From NCBI GenBank assembly GCA_030699125.1, contig JAUYKM010000012.1, forward strand, positions 11,159 to 75,158: a DNA stretch of 64,000 bases. The letters run 5' to 3'. The stretch is from Candidatus Daviesbacteria bacterium. GTDB lineage: Bacteria > Patescibacteriota > Microgenomatia > Daviesbacterales > UBA10151. The number at the start of each line of letters is the position of its first letter. Position 1 is the stretch's first letter. Below are positions 44,258-55,289 of this stretch, piece after piece. The notes beneath the pieces are model-generated. The model worked only from the letters and a program-made list of their open reading frames with translations, had not been told where the DNA came from and did not search any database. A program made the position numbers and the translations under genes.

Positions 44258-46099
44258 ATGGCCAATGGTAGGAAAAAAATAAATTTAAATAAAAAAGCTT
44301 GGGCTGTTTTTAAAGGTTTGGCTGTTTATGTATTAATTGCCCTATCAGCTTTGATTTTCTTCTATCAGATTTCCGGCCCCACTCCTTCCGGCACTGAAGT
44401 ACCGATCTCTCAGATTGTCAAAGATATCAAAGAGGAAAAAGTGGTCAAAGTGACTGTTGAGGGAGATAAGATCACAGCTGAAATCAAAGATTCAGAGGAA
44501 AAACTTGCCTCCCATAAAGAAGAAGGAGAATCCATCTATAAAATCCTGGAATCATCCGGTGTTGATCCGAGTTTAGTCACAATTGAGATTAAAGACTTAT
44601 CTCTTCAAGAGGCTTGGATAGGCGTACTATCAGCAGTATTGCCGATTCTGATCTTGGTTGGTTTGATGTTTTTCTTTTTCAGGCAAGCCAGGGATGCCGG
44701 ACAGGGTATTTTTTCCTTTGCCCAATCCAGAGCCAGGTTGTTTACCAAAGATCAACCCCAAATTAAATTTGAAAATGTGGCCGGAGCAGAGGAGGCTAAA
44801 AGAGAATTAGCCGAGGTAGTGGAATTTTTAAAAACCCCGGATAAGTTTAAAGCTTTGGGGGCCAGGATCCCCAAAGGAGTTTTAATGGTGGGACCAGCCG
44901 GTACAGGTAAAACCTTACTGGCCAGAGCTGTGGCAGGGGAGGCAGGGGTGCCATTTTTCTCAATTGCCGGATCAGAATTTATGGAAATGCTGGTGGGAGT
45001 GGGGGCAGCCAGAGTCAGAGATATGTTTGCTCAGGCCAAGAAAAATGCTCCTGCCATTATTTTTATAGATGAAGTGGAATCAATTGGTAGACAAAGAGGG
45101 ACGGGTTTTTCAGGCGGGCATGATGAGCGGGAGCAAACGCTAAACCAAATATTGGTGGAGATGGATGGATTTACTCAAACTGATCATGTGATTGTGATTG
45201 CTGCAACCAATCGGCCAGATCTTTTGGATGCAGCACTGATTAGACCAGGCAGGTTTGATAGAAGAGTGGTTTTATCCTTGCCTGATCTGGTGGAGAGAAA
45301 AGCCATCATTGAACTTCATATGAAAGGTAAACCTTTTACTAAAGAGGTATCTTTCGAGAGTTTGGCCAGGCGTACTGTGGGATTTTCCGGAGCAGATCTG
45401 GCCAATATGCTAAATGAGGCAGCAATTTTGGCAGCCAGGGAGGGAAAAACAGCCATTGATTCTAAAGATTTAGAGGAAGCAGCCACCAAGGAAAAATTAG
45501 GACCTCAAAGGAAGAGAATGCAATCAGACAGAGATCGTAAGCTGGCTGCTTACCATGAGGCAGGGCATGCCATTGTGGGGCATAATTTAGCAAATGTTGA
45601 CCCAGTTCATCGGATTTCTATTGTCTCAAGAGGAATATCAGGTGGACATACTCTTTTTCCTCCAACAGAAGATAGGTCAAATGAAACAAAATCCAGATTA
45701 CTTGAGCAAATTAGTGCAGCTTTAGGCGGTCAGGCTGCAGAAGAACTGGTATTCAAAGATATCTCAACCGGAGCAGCTTCAGATATCTCTATTGCTACAC
45801 AAATTGCCAGACAAATGGTGATGGAATATGGCATGTCAGCTTTAGGTCCAATCACCATGCAGTCAAAATCTATGTTTGGAGTATGGAGAGGTATGGATGA
45901 GGGGGGAGAAATGTCCACTCAGCTTCATAATGAGGTGGATCGCGAGGTTAAAAAGATCATGGATGCTTCATTTAAAATGGCCCAGAAAATCTTAAAAGAA
46001 CAGAAAATAAAACTTGATAAAGTAGCCAAGGAGCTTTTAGAAAAAGAAACTCTGGAATCAGAGGAATTTGAAAAAATTGTGGGGAAAAAGAAAAGCTAG
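44258..46099 (+). CDS. ftsH: ATP-dependent zinc metalloprotease FtsH
   Basis: Two TMs, [25 protein letters not shown]. Confidence 0.97.
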   Translation: MANGRKKINLNKKAWAVFKGLAVYVLIALSALIFFYQISGPTPSGTEVPISQIVKDIKEEKVVKVTVEGDKITAEIKDSEEKLASHKEEGESIYKILESSGVDPSLVTIEIKDLSLQEAWIGVLSAVLPILILVGLMFFFFRQARDAGQGIFSFAQSRARLFTKDQPQIKFENVAGAEEAKRELAEVVEFLKTPDKFKALGARIPKGVLMVGPAGTGKTLLARAVAGEAGVPFFSIAGSEFMEMLVGVGAARVRDMFAQAKKNAPAIIFIDEVESIGRQRGTGFSGGHDEREQTLNQILVEMDGFTQTDHVIVIAATNRPDLLDAALIRPGRFDRRVVLSLPDLVERKAIIELHMKGKPFTKEVSFESLARRTVGFSGADLANMLNEAAILAAREGKTAIDSKDLEEAATKEKLGPQRKRMQSDRDRKLAAYHEAGHAIVGHNLANVDPVHRISIVSRGISGGHTLFPPTEDRSNETKSRLLEQISAALGGQAAEELVFKDISTGAASDISIATQIARQMVMEYGMSALGPITMQSKSMFGVWRGMDEGGEMSTQLHNEVDREVKKIMDASFKMAQKILKEQKIKLDKVAKELLEKETLESEEFEKIVGKKKS

Positions 46100-46153
46100 C
46101 ACTGAGTTTGTCGAAGTGTTGACTTTGAAGGAACCTAAGTTTAAGATCTTTTT

Positions 46154-46819
46154 ATGCGTATCATAATTCTTCCTCTGATCTTTTTCCTCTCGGCCACAAT
46201 CTTTTTAGGCAGTTGCAGCAATGTTTATGCCCAAAGCGCTACTGATATTGGTCAATCACAAATTCATCCGGCACATTCTTTATATTTTTTAAAAACAGTC
46301 AGGGAGATTTTAGAGCTTAAGTTTGCTGGAAGTGACAGAATAGCCTCTTTGAGAAGAATGGAATTTGCCACCAGAAGAATTAGAGAGGTAAAGGCTTTGG
46401 TTAATGTACAAAAAGAAGAACTGATTGCACCTACCTTAGAAAAATATGGGGCACTACTCAAGGATATTATTGGCACCACCAATATTACTGAGAAAGAGTT
46501 GTCCACCCAGTTGGGGGAGAGTATAGATAATCATTTAAATGCACTATACCTGGTTTATGGGATCATCTCTAATGCTGATGCTAAAAGATCCATCAGATTG
46601 ACAGTGCATAGGCTGGCAGATTTAAATTCTGAATTTATTGAGAGAGCTTTGGAACATGAGCAAATGATTAATGTGGTTAATTTAAGGAGAGCAAGACAAA
46701 CAATGGTTTGTGAATTCCTGCAAAGGGAGGCAAGTTCTTCTACCCTAAATCAAGTGGAGCAAGGAGTATATTTGAAAAGAGCAAGTAGTTGTTATAAAGT
46801 TTTGGAGGCTTTCAAGTAG
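46154..46819 (+). CDS. Exported DUF5667-like helical protein
   Basis: Signal peptide, IHPAHSLYFLKTVREILEL...ATRRIRE. Confidence 0.65.
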   Translation: MRIIILPLIFFLSATIFLGSCSNVYAQSATDIGQSQIHPAHSLYFLKTVREILELKFAGSDRIASLRRMEFATRRIREVKALVNVQKEELIAPTLEKYGALLKDIIGTTNITEKELSTQLGESIDNHLNALYLVYGIISNADAKRSIRLTVHRLADLNSEFIERALEHEQMINVVNLRRARQTMVCEFLQREASSSTLNQVEQGVYLKRASSCYKVLEAFK

Positions 46820-47250
46820 TGACTGGCAACATTTTAAGAGGCTTTCTTATCTTTGGAGGATGCTACTTTATATTCGATGCTTTGCTACATTTTTCCAATC
46901 TTAAATTAACATCTGTTGAAAATGTTTGGTCTGTTTCTGCCTTAAACTATGGCAGATTAATAAACTTTCTTTACGCCTCATTTGTTCTGTTGGCAGCCTC
47001 AATCGCCTTCGCTATACAAACAGATTTAAAAAAATATCAGACGATTATTTTAATTTCCGCTATTTGGGCTCTGCTTCATGGGCTAATTTTATTAGGCTTG
47101 GTTTGGACTCAAGATTATCAGCAAATCTTTACTCAATCCCCTTCACTTTTAGTTTGGCTGCCATTTTATAGAGAATACCTTAGTTTTAGTAGTTTTTTAC
47201 TTTTTCTATATAGTGGTATGGTTTATCTATATTTTAAAAAATATAAGTGA
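46819..47250 (+). CDS. Membrane hypothetical protein
   Basis: About four hydrophobic segments. Confidence 0.6.
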   Translation: MTGNILRGFLIFGGCYFIFDALLHFSNLKLTSVENVWSVSALNYGRLINFLYASFVLLAASIAFAIQTDLKKYQTIILISAIWALLHGLILLGLVWTQDYQQIFTQSPSLLVWLPFYREYLSFSSFLLFLYSGMVYLYFKKYK

Positions 47251-47255
47251 AATAC

Positions 47256-48428
47256 CTATTTTTTGACAATTATATCCCGGTAATAATTAATAAGTTGAGT
47301 GGTAGTTTTATCAATAGAATAATCTTTAATCTTTTTTAAAGATCTTTGTCCCATTTCCTTTTTTAGTTTCGGATCTGAGAGTATTTTTTCCATACTTTCA
47401 GCCAACTGTTTTGTATTATTTGGTTCAACTAGAAAGCCATTTTCTAAAACAAGTTCAATAAGCCCTGCCTGTTTTACTCCCACAATGGGCAAGCCGTACA
47501 TCATTGCTTCCAAAACCACCATTGGGTTAACTTCCATCTGACTGGTGGTGGCAAATATATCTGCAATACTTAATAAGCTTGATGATAAAAGTTTTTGGTG
47601 GGCAATAAAGCCGGTAAATACTACGTTTTTTCCAATGCCCAAATGATGGGTTAATTTCATCAGACTTTTTTTTGCTGGTCCATCACCAATAATCAAAAGA
47701 GATGTATGGGGATATTTTTCTACCAGGATTTGAAAAGATTTAATCAAATCTTCAATACTTTTTTCATAAGATAATCTGCCAAAATGCAATACCACCTGAT
47801 CTTCTAAACGATATTTCTTTTTAAGTCTGGATTTTTCCGCTTCTGTTAAAAATTTAACATCATTTAGATATAACCCATTAGGTAAATAATGTACTTCCTT
47901 TTTAAACTTTCTTTGCTGCAATTCTCCAATTAACAGCTGTGACGGTGTCAGCAAAAGATCACATTTCTTATATAAAAAGTTTATATAACGCAGGGCAATT
48001 TTATTAAGCAGCTTGATGGCCAACTTATATTTAAAGAATCTTAGAAAATCTGAATTGGTAAAATAAATATGGATTGAACCTACCAGAGGTTTTTTTAAAA
48101 GTTTAGCAGCCATGACAGCATCAATTCCGATAGTCATAGTAGATTGTAAATGGATAATATCAGGATCAAATTTTCTTAAATATGTCAATGCTTTAGGTAA
48201 TCCAAATATGACTAAATTTAGCTCAGTATAAAAAGAAGGGACTGAGGGTAAAGATACAACCCTAACATTTTTGGCCTGAAATTTTTTTCTCTTAATGTGA
48301 TCTAATTTTGGAGTAAAGATTAAAACTTCATGCCCTCTCTCACCCAATTCCCGGGCAAAATTACCCAAAGAGGTGGCCACTCCATTGGCCTGAGGCAGGA
48401 ACATGTCAGTAAAGTAAACAATACGCAT
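47256..48428 (-). CDS. Glycosyltransferase family 4
   Basis: FTDMFLPQANGVA, GRLSYEK, EVNPMVVLEAM. Confidence 0.92.
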   Translation of the reverse strand: MRIVYFTDMFLPQANGVATSLGNFARELGERGHEVLIFTPKLDHIKRKKFQAKNVRVVSLPSVPSFYTELNLVIFGLPKALTYLRKFDPDIIHLQSTMTIGIDAVMAAKLLKKPLVGSIHIYFTNSDFLRFFKYKLAIKLLNKIALRYINFLYKKCDLLLTPSQLLIGELQQRKFKKEVHYLPNGLYLNDVKFLTEAEKSRLKKKYRLEDQVVLHFGRLSYEKSIEDLIKSFQILVEKYPHTSLLIIGDGPAKKSLMKLTHHLGIGKNVVFTGFIAHQKLLSSSLLSIADIFATTSQMEVNPMVVLEAMMYGLPIVGVKQAGLIELVLENGFLVEPNNTKQLAESMEKILSDPKLKKEMGQRSLKKIKDYSIDKTTTQLINYYRDIIVKK

Positions 48429-48485
48429 TCTATTATAGGATATTATTATACACTATTTCCCCTTGATTTGTGATAAATTAGATAT

Positions 48486-49496
48486 ATGGCCATTTGGCAA
48501 ATTATAAAAATCATTCTAATTGTGATTATTATTATTTTGCTCTCGGTTTTTGTGGGCCAGGTTGTTTTTAATAAAACTTATCAATTCCCCCCAAAAATTG
48601 AATATGGAGTGACTTTTTCTTCCTCTTATGCTCAGTATCTTAATTTAGATTGGCAAGAGACTTTTATTAAGGTTTTATCTGAGCTTAAAGTAAAGAATTT
48701 AAGAATTCCCACCTACTGGGATGCTCTGGAGAAAAATAAGGGAGAATTCAGCTTTGCAGATACGGATTTTATGTTATCTGAGGCAGAAAAAAGGAATGCC
48801 AGGGTTGTTTTAGTGGTGGGTTTCAGACAACCTCGCTGGCCAGAATGTTATTTGCCCAAATGGGCTGCCAAACTAAGTCTGGAGGAGAAGCGAGCTGAAA
48901 TTTTGCAATTTGTGCAAAAAACAGTGGAAAGATATGAAAATAACCCTTCAATCTGGGCTTATCAGGTGGAAAATGAGCCATTCCTGCCTTTTTTTGGTGA
49001 AAATTGTGACAGAAGGGATCCGGATTTTCTAAAAAAAGAAGTTGATTTAGTCAGGAGTTTATCTGATAAGCCAATTATTATTACAGCCTCAGGAGAACTG
49101 GAAATCTGGATTACTCAGATGCAGCTATCAGATATTTTCGGTACTACTTTATACAGAGAAGTTTATAATCCTTTGATAGGCTATGTTTCTTATCCTATTC
49201 TGCCATATTTCTATAACTTAAAATCACAAATTATTAGAAAAGTTTTTGCGCCTCAAAATCAAAAAACCATCATATCAGAACTGCAGGCAGAACCCTGGCT
49301 GATTGGTGAGACTATAACTCAGGATCCAAAACGTCAAACTGAATTGTTTCCGGTGAATAAACTAATAGCTAATATAGATTATGCCCGGAAAGTGGGATTT
49401 GATAGAGCTTACCTTTGGGGGGTGGAGTGGTGGTACTGGATGGAAAAAATGGGCTATCCTGAGTATTTAGAGTATGCAAAAATCCTATTTAAGTGA
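48486..49496 (+). CDS. Membrane-anchored clan GH-A glycoside hydrolase-like protein
   Basis: RIPTYW, QVENEP acid/base, SELQAEPW, YLWGVEWW. Confidence 0.75.
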   Translation: MAIWQIIKIILIVIIIILLSVFVGQVVFNKTYQFPPKIEYGVTFSSSYAQYLNLDWQETFIKVLSELKVKNLRIPTYWDALEKNKGEFSFADTDFMLSEAEKRNARVVLVVGFRQPRWPECYLPKWAAKLSLEEKRAEILQFVQKTVERYENNPSIWAYQVENEPFLPFFGENCDRRDPDFLKKEVDLVRSLSDKPIIITASGELEIWITQMQLSDIFGTTLYREVYNPLIGYVSYPILPYFYNLKSQIIRKVFAPQNQKTIISELQAEPWLIGETITQDPKRQTELFPVNKLIANIDYARKVGFDRAYLWGVEWWYWMEKMGYPEYLEYAKILFK

Positions 49497-49517
49497 AGCC
49501 ATGATATAATTTAGGAT

Positions 49518-50546
49518 ATGAGTGAGGCTGGAGTAGAAATACCAATCCAACAAGAATCAAAACCTGTTTTAGGAAAAAGAGAATATGAATATCAAGGTAA
49601 TAGAATAAAGGTAGGTTTTGCCAAATTCAGTAATCCGGAAAATTCCAACTTTGATCCTAAAAAAGCTGCATTTCTTCTAACTGGTTGGCCTATGAGACAT
49701 GATACTCAAATTGATTGGGGGCAGTCTCAAGCATTAGCAAAAGAATTTGGTCTCACCACCTATGATATTGATGGTAGACCCAAAGGAGTTTTCAAAGGTA
49801 GCTCGATAGCTTTAGAAGTGGAGGGAATCAGACAATTTACTCAAGAATTACAATCTACTGGAGTAGAGGAGATAACTTTATTCGGTCATTCAATTGGAGC
49901 TTCAAAAATAATAGATTTGGCTGTTTCGCTGGAGCAGAAAAATTCCGGGCTGAAAATTAATCTGGTTTTAATTAATCCCATGGGATTAACTGATAAGGAT
50001 ATTAAAGAAATTGCCAAGAATTATTTATTGGATGCATCGGCAGTTGAAGATCGTACAAAAAACCCCAATAGAATTTACCAAAAAAATAAATTTAAGGTAC
50101 TTATGGGATTAGGAAAAAGCCTGTTAAAAGATGTCAGAGATTTGAAGCTACGTTACCCCAGACTGCTTACTGATCAAATTAGATATTTATCCCAGATGAA
50201 TTCTAACTTAGCAAAGATAAAATCTCCGGTTCTTGTTCTACTTGCTTCTGAGGATCCGGTATCTGAGTTGGAAAGGATTTTGCCAAAACAGGAAGTGGAA
50301 AAATTAATGCCTGCACCAAAGCCAGAAGAAAATTCCAGGGAAAGTATGGCAAGGGTCAGTAAGGCCAGAACAGACTATCTTAGAAAAGAGGTTTTTCCCC
50401 AAGCAGAACATGTGGGTATAATCGTGGTAGAGAAATTTGCTAATCATATAGCTTTTGGGATAGAAAGACCAGGTGCAACAAACCATATCATAGCTAGATA
50501 TTTTGCGAGAGTTGAGAGAGAAGCCAAAAAACAGCAACCTGTTTAA
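49518..50546 (+). CDS. Alpha/beta hydrolase fold protein
   Basis: GHSIG nucleophile elbow, ASEDPV, ANH. Confidence 0.75.
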   Translation: MSEAGVEIPIQQESKPVLGKREYEYQGNRIKVGFAKFSNPENSNFDPKKAAFLLTGWPMRHDTQIDWGQSQALAKEFGLTTYDIDGRPKGVFKGSSIALEVEGIRQFTQELQSTGVEEITLFGHSIGASKIIDLAVSLEQKNSGLKINLVLINPMGLTDKDIKEIAKNYLLDASAVEDRTKNPNRIYQKNKFKVLMGLGKSLLKDVRDLKLRYPRLLTDQIRYLSQMNSNLAKIKSPVLVLLASEDPVSELERILPKQEVEKLMPAPKPEENSRESMARVSKARTDYLRKEVFPQAEHVGIIVVEKFANHIAFGIERPGATNHIIARYFARVEREAKKQQPV

Positions 50547-50599
50547 TTATAGTCTATCTCCTGTTAGAAATTCATAAGTATTGATGTTACAATCGATCC

Positions 50600-52753
50600 A
50601 TGAAATTACTGGTCCTGGTTGACGGTAATGCTTTGCTTCACCGGGCCTATCATGCTACACCTCCTTTTACCACATCAGAGGGGGAGCTGGTCAATGCTGT
50701 TTATGGGTTTTCCTCCATGGTTTTAAAGGTGGTTTCGGAGTTAAAACCGGACTTTTTGGCCATAGCCTGGGATGAGAAAGGACCCACCTTTAGACATCAA
50801 GCGTACACTCAATATAAAGCCACCAGGGTGGAGGTTGATCAGGCTCTTTCCAATCAATATAAAAGAGTACATGAGGTGGCAAAAGCTTTTAATATCCCGG
50901 AATTCTCCATTGCCGGATATGAGGCAGATGATTTAATCGGCACTTTGGCTATCCAAGCTCAGAAACAGCCTGATTTAGGAGTAGTTGTGGTGACAGGGGA
51001 TCGGGACATTATGCAGCTTATCAACGGCGGCGTGAAGGTTTTTATGCCCAAAAAGACTCTACAGGATGTAGGACTTTATGGCGAAGAGGAGTTTGTGGCC
51101 CGCTACGGCTTTGAACCTAAGCTTTTGGTGGATTATAAAGCCTTAGCAGGAGATGCCTCGGATAATATCCCGGGGGTTTCCGGCATCGGGGATGTGACTG
51201 CCACCAAACTGATTCATCAATTTGGCACAATTGAGGAAATCTACAAAGGTGAAAATTTAAAAACTTTGCCTCAGAGAATGCAAACTCTTTTATCTGAGGG
51301 TGCAGAATCTGCTGTGATGAGCAAAAAATTAGCCACTCTGGATCTTAAAGCCCCGATAAAGCTGGATTTAAAAAAATGTGAGGTAGAAGATTTTAATCCG
51401 GAAGATGTTAAAAAGCTTTTTGAGGAGCTGGAGTTTAAAAGTTTAGTCAAAAGGATCCCCGGTGTAGAACCCGAGCAAATCAGTATGATCCCTGTGGAGA
51501 AACCTATAGATCAAGATAAAGAGACTATTAGTTTAGACCGAGAAGTAGACAAAGTTTTAAAGAAAATGTCGGAAGTAGGAATACTAATAGATTTAAGATT
51601 TTTAGATAGGTTTGGTAAAGACCTAAAGGTAAGAGTTGTAAAGATTGAAAAAGAGATTTACTCAAAAGTGGGACATCAGTTTAATCTAAACAGCCCAAAA
51701 CAGCTACAAGTTATACTTTTTGATGAGCTAAATTTGCCAGTTTTTAGAAAGACCAAAACCGGTAGATCAACAGATGAAGATACCTTACATGAGCTATCAG
51801 TTGCCCACCCTGTAGTACCTTTACTTTTAGAGTATCGACAACTGTTTAAATTAGTTTCCACTTATGTAGATGCCCTGCCAAAATCTGTCGGGGAAGACGG
51901 TAGGATTCACTCCACCTTCAATGTAGAAGGAGCTGCCACAGGCAGAATTTCATCTCAAAATCCCAATCTGCAGAATATCCCCATCAAAGATGAGGCAGGA
52001 GGAGAAATGAGAAAGGCTTTTGTGGCTTCTAAAGGTAAAGTTTTACTGGGTGCTGATTATTCTCAAATTGAGCTTCGGATTATGGCCCATCTGGCAGATG
52101 ATCCGGGATTAAAACGGGCTTTTGAAAATGAGGAAGATATTCATGCTGCCACTGCCAGTAAAGTTTTCCAAGTACCGATTGATAAAGTTACCAAACAACA
52201 AAGAATGGTAGGTAAAACCATGAATTTTGCTACTTTGTATGGCCAAGGCCCCCATGCTCTGTCCCGTCAGCTGGGTGTGGAATATGAGGTGGCCAGAACA
52301 TACATTGCAGAATATTTTGAACAATTCCCCAAAGTCCGTGAATGGATGCAGAAAACATTAGAGTTTGGGTATGAACACGGCTATGTGGAGACAATTTTGG
52401 GCAGGCGCCGCTATATTCCGGAGTTAAAAGCTGTTAACCATGCTATTAAGGCAGCAGGGGAAAGAGCTGCTATTAATCATCCGGTCCAAGGGACGGCTGC
52501 AGATATGATTAAAAAGGCCATGGTGGAAATTTCCTCTGTCATTGCGAAGAGCGAAGCGACGTGGCAATCTTGTCAAATGATTTTGCAAGTTCATGATGAA
52601 TTATTGTTTGAGTGTAACGAGAACTCTGTTAAAGAGATAGCCAAAATGGTTAAAGATAAAATGGAAAATGCCTTAAAATTATCTGTACCAGTGTTGGTGG
52701 ATTTAAAAGTAGGCCCAAATTGGGGAGAGATGGAAAAGCTAAAATTATCTTAA
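50600..52753 (+). CDS. polA: DNA polymerase I (5'-3' exonuclease and polymerase, no 3'-5' exonuclease domain)
   Basis: DGNALLHRAYHA, EADD, GDASDNIPGV, ADYSQIELR, K..NF..LYG, QVHDEL. Confidence 0.96.
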   Translation: MKLLVLVDGNALLHRAYHATPPFTTSEGELVNAVYGFSSMVLKVVSELKPDFLAIAWDEKGPTFRHQAYTQYKATRVEVDQALSNQYKRVHEVAKAFNIPEFSIAGYEADDLIGTLAIQAQKQPDLGVVVVTGDRDIMQLINGGVKVFMPKKTLQDVGLYGEEEFVARYGFEPKLLVDYKALAGDASDNIPGVSGIGDVTATKLIHQFGTIEEIYKGENLKTLPQRMQTLLSEGAESAVMSKKLATLDLKAPIKLDLKKCEVEDFNPEDVKKLFEELEFKSLVKRIPGVEPEQISMIPVEKPIDQDKETISLDREVDKVLKKMSEVGILIDLRFLDRFGKDLKVRVVKIEKEIYSKVGHQFNLNSPKQLQVILFDELNLPVFRKTKTGRSTDEDTLHELSVAHPVVPLLLEYRQLFKLVSTYVDALPKSVGEDGRIHSTFNVEGAATGRISSQNPNLQNIPIKDEAGGEMRKAFVASKGKVLLGADYSQIELRIMAHLADDPGLKRAFENEEDIHAATASKVFQVPIDKVTKQQRMVGKTMNFATLYGQGPHALSRQLGVEYEVARTYIAEYFEQFPKVREWMQKTLEFGYEHGYVETILGRRRYIPELKAVNHAIKAAGERAAINHPVQGTAADMIKKAMVEISSVIAKSEATWQSCQMILQVHDELLFECNENSVKEIAKMVKDKMENALKLSVPVLVDLKVGPNWGEMEKLKLS
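52537..52570. repeat. TGTC-type palindromic element in-frame in polA
   Basis: tgtcattgcgaagagcgaagcgacgtggcaatct encodes VIAKSEATWQS. Confidence 0.75.
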
Positions 52754-54250
52754 TCCGGATACTAAAAATTCAACAACATTCTTAGCTGTATATGATTTTC
52801 TTCCATTTAAAATTCTAGGTAGAAAGCTCACTTCAGTCCCGCTACTGTATAAAGGGGGTACTTCATAACCGTCTTTATGAGTTTGACCTAAGTCTACAGC
52901 AGAAAGCAGGTTTTCACAAAGACACCCTGCGCCCACAGTATCTTCGATTTTCCCTCCCTTCCGGAGATAATCTTCAACAGGTTCAGCTTTACATATCCAG
53001 GTTAATCTTCCCTTGTGAGTAGTACGTTCTCTAAGCCGTCCAATTGTGCAGGATCTATGATTTGCACTCCAGTCTTCGTATATATCAACGTCACCTATAC
53101 TAGGCACCCCTTCAATATTTCTATCAACTCTAAAAGCATAATAGGTGGGAGAAATTTTTGGATCAATAAAAACATCCATATTTCCCTTTAAAATCTGATT
53201 AATTATTGCTCGTTTTACATTTTGCGGAAGACCGGATTCTTCACAGTATTGAAATGGGGTTGCAACAGTTGCGCTTTGAGCACCCAATTCGATAGCTTCT
53301 TTGACTGCTTCCGGGGTAGAAAATCCTCCGGCCAATGTGAAAGGTATACCCATTTTTCCTGTTAATCCTCTGACCAGTTCTAAATCTATTTCATCCTTGG
53401 GTCCATATTTATATTCTCCTCTTTCGTTATAATCAATCTTACGTGGTTTTGTACTATGGCCTCCGGTTTTTTGAGGGAGCTCTATTTTAAGTTGATCTAT
53501 AGCATTTGGATGTCTGTTTTGATCTGTCAAGACTCTCGCAGCAATATTAGAAGATGCAACTCCGGTTATTCTGGGTTCTTTAAGCTCATGGTCAAGACGG
53601 CCAATATGTTTTCTGGGATTAAAACGGACCACGTGTCTTTTGAATTGTTCACTCTTTTCATCAGTCCCGTGATGAACATCAAGATTATAGTTAACAGATT
53701 CTAGAGCGCACAACTTTCTGATATTCTCCCGCATTTGAAAAGGCAATCCGGCACTAATTTCTATTTCATCTACATCAGCCAGCATCTCTCCAAAGGTTAC
53801 AGCCATAACCGTGGTTTGTACTTCTTCAAGCTTATTAGCAGCAATTTTTACTTCAGGTCCTTTTAAGTATCTACCCATTTTTGCAGCCCTGACAATCCAG
53901 TATCCTGCAAAAACATTTAGGCCTTCTATCCGTTTGTCTGGATTAGTTCCAAACATAGGCAGTTGCCGGAAAGGTTGGCCTTTTGGAATTCCTCCGGGTA
54001 CATAAAGACTTCTGACATAGTCTGACAGTTCATGAGCGTCAAATCTATCCTCAAATTCATCGACTGTTCTCAATATGCTATTTGTTGGATCTCCCCTTTG
54101 TAGTAGCCTAGCTACAATATGATCAATTCCTTCAACAGAGGTCATTCCCATTCCTCCGGCCAAGGATATTGCCCTCGGCAATAAATCATTAGTTATGAAA
54201 AGCCCCATAGCCCCGCCTCTAATTCTTTCAGCTCCAGCGACCAGAGTCAT
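52745..54250 (-). CDS. Nitronate monooxygenase/FabK-like flavin TIM-barrel oxidoreductase (divergent)
   Basis: GGAMG, E....GGH, LAGG, VATPF..CEESG, CLC..L. Confidence 0.72.
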   Translation of the reverse strand: MTLVAGAERIRGGAMGLFITNDLLPRAISLAGGMGMTSVEGIDHIVARLLQRGDPTNSILRTVDEFEDRFDAHELSDYVRSLYVPGGIPKGQPFRQLPMFGTNPDKRIEGLNVFAGYWIVRAAKMGRYLKGPEVKIAANKLEEVQTTVMAVTFGEMLADVDEIEISAGLPFQMRENIRKLCALESVNYNLDVHHGTDEKSEQFKRHVVRFNPRKHIGRLDHELKEPRITGVASSNIAARVLTDQNRHPNAIDQLKIELPQKTGGHSTKPRKIDYNERGEYKYGPKDEIDLELVRGLTGKMGIPFTLAGGFSTPEAVKEAIELGAQSATVATPFQYCEESGLPQNVKRAIINQILKGNMDVFIDPKISPTYYAFRVDRNIEGVPSIGDVDIYEDWSANHRSCTIGRLRERTTHKGRLTWICKAEPVEDYLRKGGKIEDTVGAGCLCENLLSAVDLGQTHKDGYEVPPLYSSGTEVSFLPRILNGRKSYTAKNVVEFLVSGLR

Positions 54251-54293
54251 ATTAGGATATTTTATACCACATTCTTGACTTCTATACCCTATA

Positions 54294-55289
54294 TTGTGTA
54301 AAACTGCATCTTATAATATGGCTACAATGATTGAAGCTCCAAGAAAAATACTTATTACCGGAGGAGCAGGTGAAACAGGAAGAGTGTTTACTCAAAAAAT
54401 TGCACAAAGAAGTTATTTCCCGATAGTGACTGTAAGTGAAAAACCAAATAATAAATTGTCGGCAGAAAAAAGGGCTATTGAATTTCAAAAAAGTATTAGG
54501 AAAGCAACAAGTGTCTGTCCAAAAGTAGTAAGAGTTGATTTATCGAAAATTACAGTAGAAGAACAGGCAGCAGAATTTGTTGATTCGCTGGAACTTGAGC
54601 CAGAAGAGCCGATACATTATGCTGCACTTGCGGCAGGAGGATTACCTTTTACTACCATAGGAAAAGAGTATGTTAGAACAAGAGGAGCATATGACAGCAA
54701 AAATTTAACAGAAGCTGATTTAAGGCGTTCAACAGATGTAATAAGAAGCAAGATTGAACAAGATGAAGGTATTAGAAATTCCGCTTTAGAATTAAATTTT
54801 ACTTCACCCAAACTTATAAAGGAAGAATTGATAAGGCGCGGACATATAGGCAGTTTGTCTGTTGTCATTACTTTATCAAGCATTTTTTCTGATGATTTTA
54901 GGCTTGACAGACCTCAGTTATTTCAGGGTCCGGCCTTTTATTTTTATATGGCTAATACTAAAAAGTCTATTGCAGAAACATTGAGAGAGCAGGTTTATGT
55001 ACAGGAGTTTAAGTATTTGGATTTTGTTGCACCAGAGATTAGAGATACCAGTGTGGGAAAGTATTTTGAGGACTTTGCAAAATTTATTAATTTTGTCCAT
55101 CCTGATCAGCCTCCGGCAGGAATGCCGTCTGTAACAAAAGAAGTAGTTGCGGAGATGTTAGTTTCTCAACTTGAAGAAGTAAGTTTAAGAAATCAGCGTT
55201 TTGCTAGAGTATACCTAAATTCTGATGGTAGTGTTTCTAATGTTAGGCCGGTTGGGTGGCCAACCCAGCCTTTGAGAGGTTATTTTTAA
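54294..55289 (+). CDS. Divergent SDR-like NAD(P)-binding protein
   Basis: ILITGGAGETG Rossmann motif, VDLS, LSS, Y...TK. Confidence 0.55.
   Translation: MCKTASYNMATMIEAPRKILITGGAGETGRVFTQKIAQRSYFPIVTVSEKPNNKLSAEKRAIEFQKSIRKATSVCPKVVRVDLSKITVEEQAAEFVDSLELEPEEPIHYAALAAGGLPFTTIGKEYVRTRGAYDSKNLTEADLRRSTDVIRSKIEQDEGIRNSALELNFTSPKLIKEELIRRGHIGSLSVVITLSSIFSDDFRLDRPQLFQGPAFYFYMANTKKSIAETLREQVYVQEFKYLDFVAPEIRDTSVGKYFEDFAKFINFVHPDQPPAGMPSVTKEVVAEMLVSQLEEVSLRNQRFARVYLNSDGSVSNVRPVGWPTQPLRGYF

Noticed and set aside
50600-52753. PolA lacking the proofreading domain as a novelty
   Set aside because: Short PolA variants of this kind are common in reduced genomes; recorded as a feature only.
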